From positions 7,094-71,093 of the forward strand of contig JBNKTL010000005.1 in the NCBI GenBank assembly GCA_050298055.1: a stretch of DNA of 64,000 nucleotides, in the 5' to 3' direction. The notes under the pieces were generated by a model. That model was not told the DNA's origin and searched no databases. It worked only from the letters and a program-made list of their open reading frames with translations. This document shows positions 40,326-48,205 of this stretch, one piece after another. Position 1 is the stretch's first letter; each line of letters opens with the position of its first letter. Source of the DNA: Spirochaetota bacterium. Lineage in GTDB: Bacteria > Spirochaetota > UBA4802 > UBA5550. The position numbers and the translations under genes were made by a program.

Positions 40326-40467
40326 GTAACTACTCAGTTGTATGGCTGAAAATAAACATATTTAATAAAATGCCAATATTATGTCCCCGCCGCCGAAGGC
40401 GGTGGGGACATAATGGTTATCTTTTGTTCATTAACATATCTATTTTTATACATAGCTGAATAGTAAC
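40326..40467. mobile_element. MITE-like repeat, copy 5 (complete, with 8-bp TSD)
   Basis: TIRs GTAACTACTCAGTTGT / ATAGCTGAATAGTAAC; central palindrome 40378-40414; TTTATATT on both flanks (40318-40325, 40468-40475). Confidence 0.8.
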
Positions 40468-40484
40468 TTTATATTTTATAAAAA

Positions 40485-41870
40485 CTACGTAAACCTCTCG
40501 AGAAGTTCGTCAATGACAGATGCAATGTAGGAGATATCATCATCAAAAACAGTCATAAAATCAAGAGTATACCTGTCGTTTATAATAGAACCTACAACCG
40601 GAAGGTTCAGTGAGATCATCCTGTTGTAGAGGTCATCCGGTTTTACTCCGGGAAGAAGTAATTCTACACCGGCGCTTTCAACTTCCAGGGTGGGAAGCGT
40701 ACCGCCCCCGTAAGTGCTCATGGTGCTGACCCTTTTTACCCGGTCCTTTTTCAGGGGATTTTTGATATTCCTCATGAGTCTTGTTATTTTCCCGGAAAGG
40801 GATTTCTTGTCCTGAAAAATTGTGCTCCAGAGGGGAAGGTCCTCATGTTCTCCGTTATCATACAAAAGGAGTGTTTCCTGGATGATATAGTAGGTGATCT
40901 TATCCACCCTGATCATCCGCATGAGGGGATTTTTCCTGAGTCGGACAATCAGCTCCTTTTTCCCGATAATAATGCCCGCCTGGCATCCTCCCAGAAGTTT
41001 GTCTCCGCTGAAACATACCAGGTCCGCGCCCTGGGAAAGTTCCTGACCCACTGTCTGTTCAAAATTTGCCGGAAGTTCGCTGCCGGTAACGAGGTTACCG
41101 CTTCCCAGGTCCCTGACCAGGAGAATATGGTCGGTTTTCAGCTCTGAGAGTTCTTTTAACGATGGAGACCGGGAAAACCCCTCTATTTTATAATTGGACC
41201 GGTGTGCGGAGAATATCATTGATGTGTTCTCTGTTATACTGTTTTTATAATCATCCAGTTCGGTGATATTTGTTGTTCCCGTTTCAACAAGATGTGCCCC
41301 GCTCTGGTTCATGATATCGGGTATCCTGAATCCGCCCCCTATCTGGATCAGTTCACCCCGGGAAACCACTGCTTCTCTCCCCCGGGCAAATTCATTGAGG
41401 ATCAGGAACACCGATGAAGCGTTGTTATTGACGATGAGGGCGTCTTCGGCAGATGTGAGGTTGCAGATAAGTTCCTCTGCGAACCCGCCTCTTTTGCCCC
41501 TTTTCCCAGTTGTGAGCTGGTATTCCAGGTTGCAGTATCCTGAAAGTGCTTCGGCCGCCCGGGAGAAGATCTCCTTCCCGAGGGGTGACCTTCCGAGATT
41601 GGTGTGGATTATGACACCGGTACAGTTTATGACCTTCTGGAGTTTGTGGAGTTTTTTGATTCTGCAGTTTTTCACTATTGCCGGAACAAGCTTCTCTACC
41701 GGTACATCAGCGCCGTCCTGGATTTTTTTCCTGAAAAGGTCAATGACTTTTCGGACGATACCGGTTACAAGCGAATGTCCTATTTCAGGAATAAAAGCAG
41801 CTATTTCATCATTCTGCAGCAGCTTTTCCACCTGGGGGATGTTGCGTAGGTTGTTCTGTGTGTCGTTCAT
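40485..41870 (-). CDS. selA: L-seryl-tRNA(Sec) selenium transferase
   Basis: INCTGVIIHTNLGRSP, VNNNA, SRGELIQIGGGFRIPD, FSGDKLLGG (PLP Lys). Confidence 0.96.
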   Translation of the reverse strand: MNDTQNNLRNIPQVEKLLQNDEIAAFIPEIGHSLVTGIVRKVIDLFRKKIQDGADVPVEKLVPAIVKNCRIKKLHKLQKVINCTGVIIHTNLGRSPLGKEIFSRAAEALSGYCNLEYQLTTGKRGKRGGFAEELICNLTSAEDALIVNNNASSVFLILNEFARGREAVVSRGELIQIGGGFRIPDIMNQSGAHLVETGTTNITELDDYKNSITENTSMIFSAHRSNYKIEGFSRSPSLKELSELKTDHILLVRDLGSGNLVTGSELPANFEQTVGQELSQGADLVCFSGDKLLGGCQAGIIIGKKELIVRLRKNPLMRMIRVDKITYYIIQETLLLYDNGEHEDLPLWSTIFQDKKSLSGKITRLMRNIKNPLKKDRVKRVSTMSTYGGGTLPTLEVESAGVELLLPGVKPDDLYNRMISLNLPVVGSIINDRYTLDFMTVFDDDISYIASVIDELLERFT

Positions 41871-41895
41871 AGAGTTTCCGGTTTATTCGTTGATT

Positions 41896-41985
41896 CGGAA
41901 GGGGCAGGAATCGAACCTGCCGCTACAATAAATTACAGCCAACGGTTTTGAAGACCGCGGAGACCACCAGATCTCATCCTCTTCC
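41896..41985 (-). tRNA. selC: tRNA-Sec (anticodon UCA), CCA not encoded
   Basis: Minus strand GGAAGAGG AT GAGATC TGGT GGTCTC C GCGGT CTTCAAA ACCGT, long variable arm, GCAGG TTCGATT CCTGC CCCTTCC G; 6-bp D stem; directly upstream of selA. Confidence 0.95.
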
Positions 41986-42109
41986 CTGATATTGAGTTTC
42001 ACTTTCGAAGAGAATATGTCAATTATTTATTCTTTATTGAGATTTTTTTACCCCCTCATTAATTCTCCCTCTATCAGGGGGAGTTAGGGTAAAAAAATTT
42101 TAATTATGT

Positions 42110-42218
42110 AAACATATTTATGAAAAAAATACCTGATATGTCCTCGCCGCCTTCGGCGGCGAGGACATAAAAGTTAATTTTTTAAATACACTTATTTTTA
42201 ATCATAGCTGAATAGTAA
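42110..42218. mobile_element. MITE-like repeat, copy 6 (left end lost)
   Basis: Palindrome TATGTCCTCGCCGCC-TTC-GGCGGCGAGGACATA (42137-42169); end CATAGCTGAATAGTAA identical to copy 5. Confidence 0.7.
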
Positions 42219-42292
42219 TAATAAAATATAAAATATCTTTTTTTGAAGCAGAAGCATGAGAGAATTGTCATATCTATTGGACGGGAACAGTA

Positions 42293-42823
42293 ATGGGAAA
42301 ATGCACGGAATACGATGAAAAGGCGATTTGTGAGGATGTAAAGAGCATGCTCAAGAAGGTTGAGCAGAGCCGGAGCAGCCTTATCCCCCTTCTTCAGAAT
42401 ATCCAGGAAAAGTACTGCTTCCTCGCGCCGGAAGCCATTGAACTTATTGCGGATAAGCTCAACCTGAATACCTGCGAAGTATACGGTGTTGCTACCTTCT
42501 ACAACCAGTTCAGGTTTCACCCTCCCGGGAAACACCAGGTCAAGGTCTGTATGGGGACCGCATGCCATGTAAAGGGCGGAGATATTATTCTTGAGAACTT
42601 TGAAAGGAAACTCGATATAAAGGTCGGCCAGACCACAGAGGACAGGGAGTTCAGCGTGGACAAGGTTGCCTGTATCGGGTGCTGCGCCCTTGCCCCTGCG
42701 GTGGTTATTGATGAGAAGATACATGCCTATATGTCTCCCAGCAAGGTTGAAGGGATCTTTCTCGGCTACGAGATTGAGAAAGAGATGCAGGCCCGGAAAG
42801 AGAAAAACCGGCAGGACCAGTAG
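42293..42823 (+). CDS. NuoE/HydC-like [2Fe-2S] subunit
   Basis: GVATFY, CMGTACHVKG, CIGCCALAP. Confidence 0.9.
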   Translation: MGKCTEYDEKAICEDVKSMLKKVEQSRSSLIPLLQNIQEKYCFLAPEAIELIADKLNLNTCEVYGVATFYNQFRFHPPGKHQVKVCMGTACHVKGGDIILENFERKLDIKVGQTTEDREFSVDKVACIGCCALAPAVVIDEKIHAYMSPSKVEGIFLGYEIEKEMQARKEKNRQDQ

Positions 42824-42838
42824 AGAAGGAAAAGAGTA

Positions 42839-44779
42839 TTGGAGCAGAGCAGGATAGAGAGTATCGTTTCGGCTTACGATGAATTGAAAAAGAAAGCTGA
42901 AAGTTCCCCGGGGGAGAAGGGCAGAGAGGGTATTCCGAAAATTGTCATAGGGATGGCCACCTGCGGAAGGGCCGCCGGGGCTGACGAGATAGACCTGGTT
43001 TTCCGGGAAACACTTGAAGAGAGGAATGTGGAGGCTGATATTATCCATGTGGGATGTATCGGCCACTGCTATGCCGAACCTATCGTCATCATAGAGAATC
43101 CCGGATTCCCGCCGATATTCTACTATAATGTGACTGCCGGAAAGGCAAAGATCCTTGTTAAGTCATTCCTTGAAAAAGGCGATCCCCACTTTGAATATGT
43201 CCTGGGAGCGATGGAAGAGAATGACCTGATACCGCCGGTGTCAGGGTTTCCCCGGTTCGGGAAGGAAAAGCGGATTGTCATGGAACTCTGTGGCCGCATC
43301 GATCCGGAGAACATCTATGACTATATCCGGCAGGGAGGATACGGCAGTATTCCGGAGATCTTTCGCAGGGAGCCCGCGGAGATAGTGGAAGAGGTGAAGA
43401 AGTCCCGGCTCAGGGGAAGGGGCGGCGCCGGTTTTCCCGCGGGGCTTAAGCTTGAAATGACCATGGCATCTCACGGAGATGAAAAGTATATCATATGCAA
43501 TGCCGACGAAGGGGACCCCGGGGCCTATATGGACAGGACCATTATCGAAAGCAATCCCCACCAGCTCATTGAGGGGATGCTCATATCCGCCTATGCTGTG
43601 GGCGCTTCAAAGGGCATTGTCTATGTCCGGCATGAGTACCCCCTTGCGGTGAGGACCCTGGAAAAGGCTCTTGAAAGCGCCGAAGAAATCGGGCTCCTGG
43701 GAATGAACATTCTCGGTTCCGGTTTCGACTTTACACTGTCGGTTTTTCAGGGGTCCGGCGCTTTCGTCTGCGGAGAGGAAACGGCGCTGATCCGGTCCGT
43801 TGAAGGGAAAAGGGGGTGTCCCGTGAGCCGTCCCCCTTATCCTTCCGGGAAGGGACTTTACGGCAGACCCACACTTATCAATAACGTAAAAACAATTTCA
43901 ACACTGCCCGCGATTATTAAAAAGGGAAGCGGCTGGTTTTCAGGTACAGGCACGGAAGGGAGTCCCGGGACCGCAATCTTTTCCATTGTGGGTGATGTTC
44001 TTCACGCGGGGCTTGTGGAGATCCCCATGGGTGTCACCATACGCTCCCTTATCTTCGATATCTGCGGCGGCATCCCCAATCATAAAAAGTTCAAGGCGGT
44101 ACAGATAGGCGGTCCCTCAGGGGGCTGTCTGCCGGAGGAGTGCCTGGATACACCCATAGATTTCGATTCGCTTAAGGAAGCCGGGGCCATGATGGGCTCC
44201 GGCGGAATGGTGGTCATGGATGAGGACACATGCATGGTTGATGTGGCCCGGTACTTCCTTGAGTTTACCCAGAACGAATCGTGCGGCAAGTGTACCTTCT
44301 GCCGGATCGGGACAAAGCACCTTCTCTCCATCCTCGAAAGGATAACCCGCGGTGAAGGAAGGGAGGGGGACATCGAGCTCCTGGAAGAACTCAGCAGGGA
44401 CATAAAGGAAGGTTCTCTCTGTAACCTGGGGAAGACAGCGCCAAACCCGGTCCTTACCACAATTAAGTATTTCCGGGAGGAGTATGAGGCGCATATAAAG
44501 GAGAAGAAGTGTCCCTCGTTGAGCTGCCGGTCTCTCACGGCATTCTATATTGACCTCGATAAGTGCGCCAGGGGATGCGACGCGTGCGTGGGAAGCTGCC
44601 CGGTTGACTGCATCTTCACAACAAAGGGCAGGAAGAAGGGGATAGACCAGGAGACATGCGTGAAATGCGGTGAATGCGTCACTGCCTGTCCCGACGAATA
44701 TGATGCGGTCATAAAGATATCCCCCGCCGGCCTGGTGCCGGTAGTGGAAAGACTTGAAGACGCGGGACATAAGAAATAG
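42839..44779 (+). CDS. NuoF/HydB-like FMN/NADH-binding subunit with N-terminal thioredoxin-like Fe-S and C-terminal 2x[4Fe-4S] domains
   Basis: GRGGAGFP, CNADEGDPGAYMDR, GEETAL, GGPSGG, ESCGKCTFCR; TTG start. Confidence 0.92.
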   Translation: MEQSRIESIVSAYDELKKKAESSPGEKGREGIPKIVIGMATCGRAAGADEIDLVFRETLEERNVEADIIHVGCIGHCYAEPIVIIENPGFPPIFYYNVTAGKAKILVKSFLEKGDPHFEYVLGAMEENDLIPPVSGFPRFGKEKRIVMELCGRIDPENIYDYIRQGGYGSIPEIFRREPAEIVEEVKKSRLRGRGGAGFPAGLKLEMTMASHGDEKYIICNADEGDPGAYMDRTIIESNPHQLIEGMLISAYAVGASKGIVYVRHEYPLAVRTLEKALESAEEIGLLGMNILGSGFDFTLSVFQGSGAFVCGEETALIRSVEGKRGCPVSRPPYPSGKGLYGRPTLINNVKTISTLPAIIKKGSGWFSGTGTEGSPGTAIFSIVGDVLHAGLVEIPMGVTIRSLIFDICGGIPNHKKFKAVQIGGPSGGCLPEECLDTPIDFDSLKEAGAMMGSGGMVVMDEDTCMVDVARYFLEFTQNESCGKCTFCRIGTKHLLSILERITRGEGREGDIELLEELSRDIKEGSLCNLGKTAPNPVLTTIKYFREEYEAHIKEKKCPSLSCRSLTAFYIDLDKCARGCDACVGSCPVDCIFTTKGRKKGIDQETCVKCGECVTACPDEYDAVIKISPAGLVPVVERLEDAGHKK

Positions 44780-44781
44780 TC

Positions 44782-45426
44782 ATGGTAAAGATATTTGTGG
44801 ACAACAGGGAACTTGAAGCCGAAGCCGGGGCAAATCTGTTGAAGATATGTCTTGATCATGACATCTATATCCCGAACCTCTGTTATGTCCAGGGGATGGA
44901 GGAGCCACCGGCATCCTGCAGGCTCTGCTTTGTGGATGTTGAAGGTGAAAAGGAACCCCTTGCCGCCTGTACCCTGGAGGCCAGGGAAGGTCTCAGGGTG
45001 AACACGGACACTCCCCGGGTCAGGAAACTTCAGAAGGCGGCCCTGGAACTGATCATGTCGACCCACCGGATCGACTGCGGAAACTGCCCCTCAAGCAAAA
45101 ACTGTGTCCTGATAAAAATCAGCAAATTACTGAAGATACCCCTGAAACCGAAAAGGGTCGAAGGGATAAACCGTGAGAGGGAGGCGGAAGAGCATCCATT
45201 CCTTGTCTATGACCATACCAAATGTGTTATGTGCAGAAAATGCATCTACAGGTGCGGCCGGCTTTATGAACATCCCTATCTCACAGTAGGGGGAAGGGGC
45301 CTGGAGGCAGGTATCAGCTTTTTCGGTGAAACCGATCCGGAGAAGATCCCATGTAAAGACTGCCTGGCCTGTGTTGAGGAATGCCCGGTCTCGGCGCTTG
45401 TGCCCCGTGACCCCCTGACCTCCTAA
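44782..45426 (+). CDS. Short NuoG/HydA N-terminal-like (HylA-type) Fe-S protein without a catalytic domain
   Basis: [2Fe-2S] C..CRLC..C, HxxxCxxC-x5-C, two CxxCxxCxxxC motifs; ends at TAA after 214 aa. Confidence 0.85.
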   Translation: MVKIFVDNRELEAEAGANLLKICLDHDIYIPNLCYVQGMEEPPASCRLCFVDVEGEKEPLAACTLEAREGLRVNTDTPRVRKLQKAALELIMSTHRIDCGNCPSSKNCVLIKISKLLKIPLKPKRVEGINREREAEEHPFLVYDHTKCVMCRKCIYRCGRLYEHPYLTVGGRGLEAGISFFGETDPEKIPCKDCLACVEECPVSALVPRDPLTS

Positions 45427-45433
45427 GAGGGCA

Positions 45434-45511
45434 GTTGGCCCCCTAACCCCCGGAGGGGGCACAAGAGTTCAGGAAAAGAATCTTTCGCCCCCTCAGGGGG
45501 ATGGGGGGAAT
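45434..45511. repeat. REP-like doublet, family B copy 2
   Basis: Aligns with the reverse complement of 25376..25454, including the AAAAGAATCTT spacer. Confidence 0.75.
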
Positions 45512-45560
45512 GATTAAGGCAGATTCTGTGGCAAATGAGAAAATGAGTTAAGAATTAAAT

Positions 45561-46175
45561 ATGAACAAAAAATACATCATAAAAGCAAACTCCCTCTCAA
45601 AGAGGTTCGGGAGGCAGCGGCTTTTTAAAGAGATTAACTTCCGGGTTGAAACCGGGGGTTCTCTGGCTGTGACCGGGCCCAACGGGTCGGGGAAATCCAC
45701 CCTGGTCCAGATACTGGCGGGGCTGCAGGCCCCCACAAAGGGGAAAGTGGAGTTCAGGCAGAATGACAGGGTGCTGGAGAAATATTCCCTGAACGCTCAC
45801 TACGGATTTATCAGCCCCCTTATCAATCCCTACGATGAACTTACGGGAATTGAGAATATCCGTTTCTCACTGAAAGGGGCCCCTGATGAGGAGAAGATCA
45901 AATCGCTCCTTGAGGACTTTAAACTCTTTGAACAGAGGAACAGGATCGTGCGGCACTACTCATCGGGCATGAAACAGAGGCTCAAGTTCATCATATCCGT
46001 CATTAACGATCCCCCTGTTCTTTTTCTCGATGAACCGGGGACAAATCTTGACAGGGAGGGGAAGGAGACAATCTATTCATATATAAAGAACATAAGGAAA
46101 GATAAGCTGATTGTTATGGCCACCAACGAGAAGGAAGAGGTCAGGCTCTGCGGCGGGGAGGTCAGGATTGCTTGA
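45561..46175 (+). CDS. ccmA: Heme exporter ATPase CcmA
   Basis: GPNGSGKST, YSSGMKQR, LDEP; first gene of the ccm run. Confidence 0.85.
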   Translation: MNKKYIIKANSLSKRFGRQRLFKEINFRVETGGSLAVTGPNGSGKSTLVQILAGLQAPTKGKVEFRQNDRVLEKYSLNAHYGFISPLINPYDELTGIENIRFSLKGAPDEEKIKSLLEDFKLFEQRNRIVRHYSSGMKQRLKFIISVINDPPVLFLDEPGTNLDREGKETIYSYIKNIRKDKLIVMATNEKEEVRLCGGEVRIA

Positions 46176-46830
46176 GGAGATTATCAGGAACCTGAAAAAG
46201 GACCTCAGGGTTGAGTTCAGAAACCGCTCGGCCCTGAATATTTCCCTGGCCTTCGCGGGGATATCGACCCTTGCAATAAGCCTGGCAACCGGCGGCGTCC
46301 CCTTTTCAGTGAAGCTCCAGGCGGTTCTCCTCTGGATCATCATGTTCTTCAGCGCCATGAACGGGCTGGCCCACATTTTCACCCGGGAAGAGGAGGAGAG
46401 GACCTCCCTTTTTCTCAGGCTAAATACCTCCCTGGAGTCCATATTCCTCTCAAAGCTGGTTTTTAACTTCCTTTTTTTTCTGGTTTTACAGATCGTCGTG
46501 TGCCCTCTCTATGTCTTTTTCCTGCAGATTGAGGTGAAATCGCCTCTTCTCTTCCTGCTCGTAGTCTTTTCAGGGGGGATATCCATATCCTCTGCCACCA
46601 CAATACTGGGGGCCATGGTCTCCCGGGCGGGAGGCAAGGGGTCCCTTTTCACGGTGATCTCCTTTCCCATTATTCTGCCGGTCCTCTGGATCGCCATCTC
46701 CTCCACATCAGAGGCCCTGGAGAAAGGGGACGCGTCCGGGTACGGCACCATCCTTTTTTTCCTTGCATTTTCAGGTGTAATAATATCTTTATCATTTTTA
46801 CTGTTCAGGTATATCTGGGTTGAAGAATGA
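46168..46830 (+). CDS. ccmB: Heme exporter permease CcmB
   Basis: KDLRVEFR, F.REEE, FPIILP; TTG start overlapping ccmA. Confidence 0.85.
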   Translation: MLEEIIRNLKKDLRVEFRNRSALNISLAFAGISTLAISLATGGVPFSVKLQAVLLWIIMFFSAMNGLAHIFTREEEERTSLFLRLNTSLESIFLSKLVFNFLFFLVLQIVVCPLYVFFLQIEVKSPLLFLLVVFSGGISISSATTILGAMVSRAGGKGSLFTVISFPIILPVLWIAISSTSEALEKGDASGYGTILFFLAFSGVIISLSFLLFRYIWVEE

Positions 46831-47495
46831 AAATATCAAGAATTGCATACCTCCTGATGCCGGTATCTATCTACATGGCATTCATGTTCGCGCCCCCGGC
46901 TGAGATTCTCGGGGACGCAAGCCGGATAATCTATTTTCATGTGCCCCTGGCATGGGGGTCCGCGCTGGCTTTTATTTATTCGGGGATTGTTTCGATTCTC
47001 CACCTGGTTGATAAAGATAAGAAGTACATGCTGCTGGACGAGAAGGCGTATAATTCCGCCCATGTGGGGATGCTCTATACAATTCTCGCACTGATTACCG
47101 GCTCCATCTGGGCCAAGGTCAGCTGGGGGAGCTACTGGAACTGGGACCCCCGTCAGACCTCCATAACAGCGCTTGTCCTCATATACATCGCCTATTTCAG
47201 CCTCTGGTCCGCACTCTCCGGCAACGCGAACAGGGGGAGGATCTGTTCATCCTACCTGATCTTTGCCATGGTTACCGTTCCCTTCTTTGTTTTCATTATA
47301 CCGAGGATGTATCCCACATTGCACCCTGATCCGATTATTAACCCGGAGAAAAAACTCAAACTTGACGTATCAATGAGGATAACCCTGCTTACGGCAATGG
47401 TTGCGTTTACTCTACTCTATACATATCTTTTGAGTCTCATGAACAGACTGTCACGGGCAGAGAATACATTTAAGGACAAGTTTGATGAAATATAG
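46827..47495 (+). CDS. ccmC: Heme chaperone-loading protein CcmC
   Basis: YFHVP, GSIWAKVSWGSYWNWDPR (WWD), TLHP. Confidence 0.92.
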   Translation: MKISRIAYLLMPVSIYMAFMFAPPAEILGDASRIIYFHVPLAWGSALAFIYSGIVSILHLVDKDKKYMLLDEKAYNSAHVGMLYTILALITGSIWAKVSWGSYWNWDPRQTSITALVLIYIAYFSLWSALSGNANRGRICSSYLIFAMVTVPFFVFIIPRMYPTLHPDPIINPEKKLKLDVSMRITLLTAMVAFTLLYTYLLSLMNRLSRAENTFKDKFDEI

Positions 47496-47814
47496 AAGCG
47501 CAATAATTATTTTTTTCGTAACAATACACTTTCTTGCCTTCCCAATTAAGTTTCAAAAGCCCGGAGAGAAGCTGTCTCATACCGGTAAATGGGAAAATAT
47601 CTGTGCCGGAACCGCATTTTCGAAGCTTTACGCGGATGAAAAAAAGAGTTCCGCTCAACCGGAAACAGCTGTAAAAGAAGAAGAGAGCCCGGAGAAGGGA
47701 AAGCTCTTCAAGGTCATGGTTGTTGTTATGGCCATATGGCTGGGACTGGCATTCTACCTCTTCAGGCTCGACAAAAAAATTACCCGATTGGAGAAAGACG
47801 TTAATGAACTTTAA
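47485..47814 (+). CDS. ccmD: CcmD-like protein with N-terminal extension
   Basis: Lies between ccmC and ccmE; C-terminal TM plus YLFRLDKKITRLEK. Confidence 0.6.
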   Translation: MKYRSAIIIFFVTIHFLAFPIKFQKPGEKLSHTGKWENICAGTAFSKLYADEKKSSAQPETAVKEEESPEKGKLFKVMVVVMAIWLGLAFYLFRLDKKITRLEKDVNEL

Positions 47815-48199
47815 GAGAATGGGAATTTTCCTGGGGGCAATGATTCTCCTCATCGTTGCCATATTGTCCCTGAGTGATGATGTAATGACCCCCTATGTTA
47901 CGGTGGCCGAGGCAAAAGAGGCTTCCGGTAAACTGGTGCAGGTTATCGGCAAGCTTGATAAATCCGTACCCCGGAAGCATACGGAGAAGGAGCTCTTCTA
48001 TACAATTATCGATGATAAAAAAGTAACCATGGACGTGGTCTATACAGGGATAAAACCGCAGAACTTTGAGAGGGCCGACCAGATCGTTTCCCGGGGAAAG
48101 TATGATACCGGGAAAAATATCTTCGTGGCAGACAGGATCCTTGTAAAATGTCCGTCCAAGTATAAAGAAGAGCACCCGGAAAGGGTAAAGGGGAATTAA
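47804..48199 (+). CDS. ccmE: Heme chaperone CcmE, CxxxY type
   Basis: TM, V.YTG.KP.NF, A..ILVKCPSKY; start moved to ATG 47804. Confidence 0.9.
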   Translation: MNFKRMGIFLGAMILLIVAILSLSDDVMTPYVTVAEAKEASGKLVQVIGKLDKSVPRKHTEKELFYTIIDDKKVTMDVVYTGIKPQNFERADQIVSRGKYDTGKNIFVADRILVKCPSKYKEEHPERVKGN

Positions 48200-48205
48200 A
48201 CGAAC

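Noticed and set aside
40082..40459. Short ORFs sharing CPRR.RR.GH (also 28444..28713)
   Set aside because: The similarity is just translation of the MITE palindrome, not a protein family.
41949..41951. Possible reassigned tRNA-Sec anticodon
   Set aside because: The loop reads CT-TCA-AA, the standard UCA anticodon for UGA.
2956..42218. Palindromic repeats as a CRISPR array
   Set aside because: Copies are kilobases apart, with no regular repeat-spacer period and no cas genes.
45424..45560. Read-through or frameshift extending the short NuoG-like gene into a catalytic domain
   Set aside because: The stop is TAA, followed by a REP-like repeat and then ccmA; no dehydrogenase sequence follows.
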